Made by a program: the position numbers and the translations under genes. This document shows positions 58,195 through 64,000 of a stretch of 64,000 bases of DNA, in pieces. Within the stretch, counting starts at the first letter, position 1. Every line of letters starts with the position of its first letter. The DNA lies in assembly GCA_964435935.1 (NCBI GenBank), contig CAYTBH010000002.1, positions 175 to 64,174 of the forward strand. The letters run 5' to 3'. This DNA is from an uncultured Alistipes sp. (GTDB lineage: Bacteria > Bacteroidota > Bacteroidia > Bacteroidales > Muribaculaceae). Below the pieces are notes generated by a model, which saw only the letters and a list, made by a program, of their open reading frames with translations, was not told where the DNA came from and searched no databases.

Positions 58195-58671
58195 ATGAAA
58201 AAGATATTTGCCATCCTCACACTCTGCGCCGCGTCGCTTGCCGCAAACGCGCAGGGCCCGGTGATGAACTTCGCCCGCACCGTCTTCACCTCCGACGGCC
58301 TTCCCAAGGCCAACCTCAACGTAGCAGTGCGCGTCATCATCCACGAGGGGAGCGCCGACGGCCCCAACGTCTTCGCCGAGGAGCACCAGCTCACCACCAC
58401 CCCCGCCGGCGTGGCCTACGTCGCCGTTGGCTCGCAAAACGCCAATGTGACGCTCGACATGCTCGACTGGAGCAACAAGACATACTTCATGGAATCGGCC
58501 GTTGACTGCGGCCAGGGATTCGAGAACACCGTTTGCCAGCAGATTATGAGCGTGCCCCGCGCCATCCACGCCGCCTCGGCTTCGGCCCTGCACCTCACCT
58601 CCCCCTCGGGTAAGCGTTTCAGCGTGACGATCAACGACAACGGCGAAATATCCACAACCCCCATCCAGTGA
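58195..58671 (+). CDS. Small secreted protein made only of an 'SVPxA-HA' fibre-like domain
   Basis: Signal peptide; homologous along its length to the N-terminal domain of 59139-60359. Confidence 0.75.
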   Translation: MKKIFAILTLCAASLAANAQGPVMNFARTVFTSDGLPKANLNVAVRVIIHEGSADGPNVFAEEHQLTTTPAGVAYVAVGSQNANVTLDMLDWSNKTYFMESAVDCGQGFENTVCQQIMSVPRAIHAASASALHLTSPSGKRFSVTINDNGEISTTPIQ

Positions 58672-58679
58672 TCCAAGCC

Positions 58680-59120
58680 ATGAGAATACTCACAGCAACA
58701 CTACTGGCACTCGCCGCCGGAGGCGCCTCGGCCCAGGGATTCGTGCCCATGGGGGGCTACGACAGCAACTGCCACTTCGTCCTCGAGCCGTCGGTTGCCG
58801 GAGCCGTGAAAACCGAAAACGCCATCCTCAGCCACGGCGCCATACCCGCCCTGTCGCTCTACACAAGCGCCATCGAGAGTGTTTACGACGCTAAAGAGTC
58901 CCTCACTGCGACCGTGGCCGCCGACGGCGCGTCGGTGACTGTGGCCGGCCTCACATCGGCTGCCAGCTACGAAATCTTTGCCGCCGACGGCATCCTCATG
59001 GCAGCCGGCACGGTGACTCCCGGAGCATCCATCGCCCTTCCCGGCACAGCGGCGGCATATATCCTCCGCGTCTCCCAAGCCGGCAAGCAGCCCCAGGCAT
59101 TCCGATTACTGAAAAAATAA
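58680..59120 (+). CDS. Small T9SS type-A sorting domain protein
   Basis: Signal peptide, ~45-aa mature region, then SAIESV...YEIFAADG...YILRV...FRLLKK CTD; start ATG 58680. Confidence 0.7.
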   Translation: MRILTATLLALAAGGASAQGFVPMGGYDSNCHFVLEPSVAGAVKTENAILSHGAIPALSLYTSAIESVYDAKESLTATVAADGASVTVAGLTSAASYEIFAADGILMAAGTVTPGASIALPGTAAAYILRVSQAGKQPQAFRLLKK

Positions 59121-59138
59121 AGTCTCAACCCACAAGCA

Positions 59139-60359
59139 ATGAAAAAGCATTTCGTATCCGCGATTCTCGCCATAGCCGCCATGGCCGTGGCCAACGCCGA
59201 GCCTGTGTTCTACGAGGCTTCACTCACCGACATCTACGGCACCCCCTCGGTATCGGAAGCTGTCAACATCCGATTCACCCTCACCGATGCCGACGGGAAT
59301 GTGCTTTATGCCGAAAACAACGATGCCGTGACCGACAGCAACGGCCATATCTTCACCGCCATCGGCACCGGCACCCCCACCCAGGGTAGCTTCACCACCG
59401 AGGCGTGGGAGGCAGCCCAAGGCCTCGGCGTGACGATAGTCCGCGCCGACGGGTCTGAAATCGCCGACAACGTGTCGCTTGCCTACTCACCCTCGGCAGC
59501 CCACGCCGACGTGGCCTCGGCCCTGGTGTCGCCCGTCAAGGACGGCGGACGCTATGTGCTGGCCGTCGACGACGAGGGCCATCTCTCGACCACCCGCGAG
59601 GATTTCGACATAATCCCCGTGCCCGACGGCTTCAACCGCCTCATCTTCCACGACGAATTCTCAGGCTCGGGCCTCCCCGACCCCGCCATCTGGAGCTACG
59701 AGGAGGGCTATGTGCGCAACGGCGAGCTGCAATACTACACCAAGGCGCGCCTCGACAACGTGGAGGTGGCCGACGGTATGCTGCACCTGCGCTGCCTCAA
59801 CGACCGCAACTATCCCGACCCGGTGAAGGGGGGCATGTGTGAATACACCTCGGGCAGCGTCACCACCCAGAACACCGTGAAATTCACCTACGGACGCGTG
59901 GACATCCGCGCCAAGCTTTCCGACGTGAAGGGCACCTGGCCCGGCTTCTGGCTCATGCCCAACGACAGCCACTACGGCCCCTGGCCGCGCTCGGGCGAAA
60001 TCGACATCATGGAGCAGGTGGGCTACAATCCCTACGTCGTCTACTTCACAGCCCACACTTCGCAGCAGAATGGCGAAAACAACAAGCATCACTACAGCAT
60101 GCGCGTGCCCACCTGCTGCAGCGACTTCCACGTCTACTCGCTCGAGTGGAGCGAAAACAAACTCACATGGCTCGTCGACGGCAAGCGCGGCTTCACCGTG
60201 GTGAAGAGCTCGCCGCTATGGACAGGCTGGCCCTTCGACAAGGACTTCTACCTGATTCTCGACCTCGCCTGGGGCGGCGGTTGGGGCGGCCGCGAGGGCA
60301 TCGACGCTTCAAGGCTGCCAACCGAGGTGCTCATCGACTATGTGCGCATCTTCCAGTAA
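59139..60359 (+). CDS. GH16 glucanase with N-terminal 'SVPxA-HA' fibre-like domain
   Basis: Signal peptide, ~135-aa accessory domain, then FHDEF, NGELQYY, GEIDIME, IDYVRIFQ. Confidence 0.9.
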   Translation: MKKHFVSAILAIAAMAVANAEPVFYEASLTDIYGTPSVSEAVNIRFTLTDADGNVLYAENNDAVTDSNGHIFTAIGTGTPTQGSFTTEAWEAAQGLGVTIVRADGSEIADNVSLAYSPSAAHADVASALVSPVKDGGRYVLAVDDEGHLSTTREDFDIIPVPDGFNRLIFHDEFSGSGLPDPAIWSYEEGYVRNGELQYYTKARLDNVEVADGMLHLRCLNDRNYPDPVKGGMCEYTSGSVTTQNTVKFTYGRVDIRAKLSDVKGTWPGFWLMPNDSHYGPWPRSGEIDIMEQVGYNPYVVYFTAHTSQQNGENNKHHYSMRVPTCCSDFHVYSLEWSENKLTWLVDGKRGFTVVKSSPLWTGWPFDKDFYLILDLAWGGGWGGREGIDASRLPTEVLIDYVRIFQ

Positions 60360-60426
60360 GCCTCACCCCTGACATCATTAATCACCCATACATCAAGCAA
60401 CAAACAACAACTTAACCCATAAAACC

Positions 60427-61899
60427 ATGAATAAAAAACAGTTACTCTCTCTGTCAGTAGCAGCCATCCTTGGCGCGTCACAGGCTTTCGCAGTCACCGA
60501 ATACTGGGTGGCCACCAACGGTAGTGACGAGAACCCCGGCACCGAAGCCAAACCCTTCGCCACGCCCGAAATGGCAATCATGTGTGTCCGCGACAACGAC
60601 GAGACCATTATCCACCTCCAGAAAGACGCCACCTTCCTCCTGGCCGGCCAGCTGAACCTCGACAAGAACAAAATCTGCACTGTGGAAGGCGACAACACCA
60701 CCTTCAAAGGTGCCGAGAAGCCCGGTTACCAGGGTGGCGAGGCTGTGCGCCTGTTCCGCGCTGCCGACAACTCCAAGGTAACAGTGCGCGGCATCAACTT
60801 CGTCAATGGCCGCCAGGTTGAATACGTTCTCGGTGGCGCTATTTACTTCGCAGGCGAAGAACTTATTGTTGACAAGTGCCGCTTCATCGACAACGAGGCC
60901 GGTTCTTGCGGCGCCGCCATCGGTTCGCGCGGCCACATCGTGCGCGTAACCAACTCCTACTTCGAGCACAACTACACCATCGGCGGCGGCTCGCGCGGTC
61001 CCGCCATCATGCAGCGCGGCCCCGAGACTCTCGACGGCGAGCTCTACGTTGACAACTGCACCTTCTACAAGAACTCGCAGGACCAGGGCGGCCAGGGCAC
61101 CTGCATCGGCATCTACGACCCCTCCTCGCAGCCGGGCGTGAACTTCGCCGGTTGCAAAAAGCTGGTTGTTACCAACTCCACTTTCGTTGAAAACACCTCG
61201 AAGGACAACTACCAGGCCTGCATCGACATCTCCGACTCTTCGGACTGCGAAACCATCCTTGCCAATAACACCTTCTATAACAACGACGGCATTCTGCGCC
61301 TCTACTTCCAGCTCGAGCCGGTTTACATGTTCAACAACTTCGCATACTGCAACCGCGCCTGCGTGCTCTCCGAGCTTTCGATCGCCGACGCCGACCGCAC
61401 CCCGGTTATCGCCCGCAACAACATCTTCTACGGCGCTGAACGCAGCGTGAACGAGAACATGGACGACCCCGACTTCAACGCCAACGCCGCTGCCGCCCAC
61501 AACACCCTCGGCCTCTGCAAGGACGCCACGATGACCGCCCTCGGTGTTAGCACCACCCTCGGCACCCGCGACCAGGGCTTCGTGCCTTTCCTCCCCATTC
61601 TCCGCGACAACTCCCCGCTGGTTAACGCCGGCATCGAGGATTCTGCCGAATGGACTGGCACCAACATGATTCCCACCTCCGACTGCCGCGGCTACCTTAA
61701 CAACGGCGGCAAGGATGTCGGCGCCTACGAATACGAAGGCATCGATCCCAACGGGGAAGCAGCCGTAGCAGTGATAGAGGCTGAGAACGCCAACGCTCCC
61801 GTTGAATTCTACAACCTCCAGGGCATGCGCGTCAACAACCCCGCCAACGGCATCTTCATCCGTCGCCAGGGCAACAAGGCCACCAAAGTACGCCTCTAA
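60427..61899 (+). CDS. Right-handed parallel beta-helix protein with choice-of-anchor Q-like end and T9SS-type tail
   Basis: YWVATNGSDENPGT..KPFAT, GGAIY and F..N repeats, DCRG...DVGAYEY, FYNLQGMRV tail. Confidence 0.75.
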   Translation: MNKKQLLSLSVAAILGASQAFAVTEYWVATNGSDENPGTEAKPFATPEMAIMCVRDNDETIIHLQKDATFLLAGQLNLDKNKICTVEGDNTTFKGAEKPGYQGGEAVRLFRAADNSKVTVRGINFVNGRQVEYVLGGAIYFAGEELIVDKCRFIDNEAGSCGAAIGSRGHIVRVTNSYFEHNYTIGGGSRGPAIMQRGPETLDGELYVDNCTFYKNSQDQGGQGTCIGIYDPSSQPGVNFAGCKKLVVTNSTFVENTSKDNYQACIDISDSSDCETILANNTFYNNDGILRLYFQLEPVYMFNNFAYCNRACVLSELSIADADRTPVIARNNIFYGAERSVNENMDDPDFNANAAAAHNTLGLCKDATMTALGVSTTLGTRDQGFVPFLPILRDNSPLVNAGIEDSAEWTGTNMIPTSDCRGYLNNGGKDVGAYEYEGIDPNGEAAVAVIEAENANAPVEFYNLQGMRVNNPANGIFIRRQGNKATKVRL

Positions 61900-61929
61900 G
61901 CAAACCACCACACTTTGAAATCCAATAGC

Positions 61930-63636
61930 ATGAAAAGATTCACAATATTGGCCACGACTTTCGCTATGGCAGCTTCGGCTGCCATAGCCGAGAGCGTGAC
62001 CATCAACCACGAAACCGCCGGCAACCTCAAGGCTGAGCTCGATGCCGCGATTGCCGCATCGGATGTCCTCTCGTCGATGGAGGACATCACCGACCTGACT
62101 ATTGAAGGCGACGCGCAGCTCAATGCCAATGACTTTGCGGCCATTCGTGCCAACCTGCGTCCCTCGTTGTTATACCTCGACCTCTCCAATGCCAAATTCG
62201 CAAACAACAAGCTCCCCGGTGGCGACTACGACAAGCAGGGTATACTCCAAACAATGAATGTCAAGGAAGTAAAACTTCCTGAAACACTCACCGGCCTGTC
62301 GGGTGGCGCATTCTACATGTGCAAATCGCTCGAAAAGGTCAATCTGCCCGACGGCATCCATAGCATTAACCAATATTGTTTCTCGGGCTGCTCAAATTTG
62401 AAACTCGAAGCGCTCCCCCCATATCTTACCTCAATTTCGGCCGACGCTTTCCGCGGTTGCAGCTCCCTGGAACTGACAGAACTTCCTGAGACTATCAAGA
62501 CTATCGGTGGCGATGCTTTCAATGATGATGAAAAGGACGCTGTTAAGCTCCCATTGAGCGGCGTAGCATTCACGAAACTTCCCCGCGACCTCACGACACT
62601 CGGCGAGCGAGCCTTCCGACGCACAAGCTGCACTTTCTCAGAATGGCCCGAACACCTCACAGCTCTCCCAGCATCGGTTTTCTCGGCGACCCATGTCACA
62701 TTCACGTCATTGTCGCCCAACATCACATCTGTTGCCTCTTATGCGTTCCAGAGTGTGAAAACAATGACCGAATTCACCATCACCGACCAGGCCGGCCTTT
62801 GGACGAAGATTCCCGACGGATGTTTCTTTGTGCAGACCGACGACGCTAAACGCGTGTTCATCTGCCGCGCCCCCTCTGCCCCGAAAGCAACCGTGAATGT
62901 TGGCTCCGGCGCTTGGACTGGTTCTTTCAGCCAGGTGGCCAAGAACCCCAACACCACCTTCCGAGTGCTCGCATCGGCAATGGAGAGCTTCCAGAACACC
63001 GCTCCCTACAACACAATGAACATCGAGGCGCTGACCACCGAGGTTCCTGCGCCGATTATCGACATGCCCGCCGGCCATGACACATCAGGCGTTAGCGTGA
63101 AGTTCGTGGTTAACGACGTGGAACACGACGGCTTCGGCAATGTGCTCGAAGGTGAAGGCAAATTTGTTGTCAGCTTCAACGACGAGGCCCACGACTGGCT
63201 CCACGTTGAGGAGATTCGCTATGCCGCTCCCTCGACCTACAGCGCTGTGCGTGCAGCAGTCTATGCCGCTGACGATGAAACCGAGGAGCCCGCTGAGGAA
63301 ACCGACCCCGACCAGCTCTACCGCGTGAGCAACGTTTCGGAAAACCTGAAGAAGACCATCGAGGTGCCCGTAACCGTGACGCCCGATATGAAGCCCCTGC
63401 AGGTCAAGGTGTCGATGGCCGACGTGATTACCGGCGTCAACGTGGTGAATATCCCCGACGCTGTGGTTACCCGCAACGGCGACATCGTGAACCTCACCGT
63501 TCCCGGCGCAAGCCTCTACAACATGGCAGGCCGCATGGTTCTCTCGACCGACTCCAACACCCTCGACCTTGGCGGCATTCCCGCGGGAGTTTATGTGCTC
63601 CGCGCCGGCAAAAAGACCGTCAAGATTCTGAAATAA
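61930..63636 (+). CDS. BspA-like leucine-rich repeat surface protein with T9SS-type tail
   Basis: LP..L..I...AF..C..L repeats; tail LYNMAGRMV...GVYVLR...VKILK; start ATG 61930. Confidence 0.8.
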   Translation: MKRFTILATTFAMAASAAIAESVTINHETAGNLKAELDAAIAASDVLSSMEDITDLTIEGDAQLNANDFAAIRANLRPSLLYLDLSNAKFANNKLPGGDYDKQGILQTMNVKEVKLPETLTGLSGGAFYMCKSLEKVNLPDGIHSINQYCFSGCSNLKLEALPPYLTSISADAFRGCSSLELTELPETIKTIGGDAFNDDEKDAVKLPLSGVAFTKLPRDLTTLGERAFRRTSCTFSEWPEHLTALPASVFSATHVTFTSLSPNITSVASYAFQSVKTMTEFTITDQAGLWTKIPDGCFFVQTDDAKRVFICRAPSAPKATVNVGSGAWTGSFSQVAKNPNTTFRVLASAMESFQNTAPYNTMNIEALTTEVPAPIIDMPAGHDTSGVSVKFVVNDVEHDGFGNVLEGEGKFVVSFNDEAHDWLHVEEIRYAAPSTYSAVRAAVYAADDETEEPAEETDPDQLYRVSNVSENLKKTIEVPVTVTPDMKPLQVKVSMADVITGVNVVNIPDAVVTRNGDIVNLTVPGASLYNMAGRMVLSTDSNTLDLGGIPAGVYVLRAGKKTVKILK

Positions 63637-63679
63637 ACCATTACAAAGGACAAACCACACTCAACACTCTGTGGATTAG

Positions 63680-64000
63680 ATGAAAAAGATTGTTAGAATG
63701 TTTGCTATCACCGCGGCGGCGTTAGTGCCCTTCTGGGCCGGCGCTGCCGCCGTTGATTTAGGCAATCTCCGCGGGGAAGCCCGCGTGGAGGCGTTGCTGC
63801 AGCGAATGACTCTCAGCGAGAAAATCGGGCAGCTCAACCAGTATAACACCGCTCAGTTTGACACGCTTGCCGCCGCCGTGGCGCAGGGCCGCGTGGGCAC
63901 CATCATCAACGAGGTCAACCCCGAGGTGGCCAACGCGTTGCAGCGCGAGGCGGTTGAAAATTCGCGCCTGGGCATCCCCCTGGTGTTTGCCCGCGACGTA
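63680..64000 (+). CDS. GH3 beta-glucosidase, BglX-like (partial, runs off window end)
   Basis: Manual read: MKKIVRMFA...RVEALLQRMTLSEKIGQLNQ...NALQREAVENSRLGIPLVFARDV. Confidence 0.85.
   Translation, partial: MKKIVRMFAITAAALVPFWAGAAAVDLGNLRGEARVEALLQRMTLSEKIGQLNQYNTAQFDTLAAAVAQGRVGTIINEVNPEVANALQREAVENSRLGIPLVFARDV

Noticed and set aside
58195-59600. Prophage remnant because of fibre-like motifs
   Set aside because: Genes have Sec signals, host-like codon usage and lie in a PUL operon; no phage genes nearby

Overview
GC-rich Bacteroidales chromosomal segment; gene content, TAnnTTTG promoters and short T9SS-type C-terminal tails suggest Muribaculaceae (inference). 1-15 kb: housekeeping genes (hslR, pth, rplY, a succinate/acetate CoA-transferase, miaB, ftsX-DUF3098-uppP-truB-queA, comF-like, GT4, LTA-synthase-family, yigZ). 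14-23 kb: cell-envelope block with a GT42/Maf-like nonulosonate transferase, a glycine-lipid acyltransferase pair, a Wzi-like barrel and a partial legionaminic-acid pathway running into prmC-recX. 23-36 kb: four T9SS-tailed adhesin-like genes (cleaved-adhesin/choice-of-anchor J, Omp28-like). 36-40 kb: a second LTA-synthase-family gene and uxuA-uxuB, divergent from a perfect 36-bp palindrome. 40-64 kb: a bidirectional, HTCS-regulated beta-glucan-type PUL (SusC/SusD, Tat-exported FAD oxidoreductase, GH3 x2, GH16 x2, esterases, beta-helix and LRR proteins). The best novelty candidate is a three-gene module at 58.2-60.4 kb. It has a tiny T9SS-tailed protein flanked by two paralogous fibre-like 'SVPxA-HA' domain proteins, one stand-alone and one fused to a GH16. 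This may be a piggy-back surface-display system replacing the usual lipoprotein anchoring of PUL enzymes. A putative HTCS operator (tandem 12-bp repeat, 21-bp period, 62-63 bp from the -7 box) is readable at both PUL promoters. No rRNA, tRNA, CRISPR array or transposase was seen. All family assignments come from motif recognition, not database searches.
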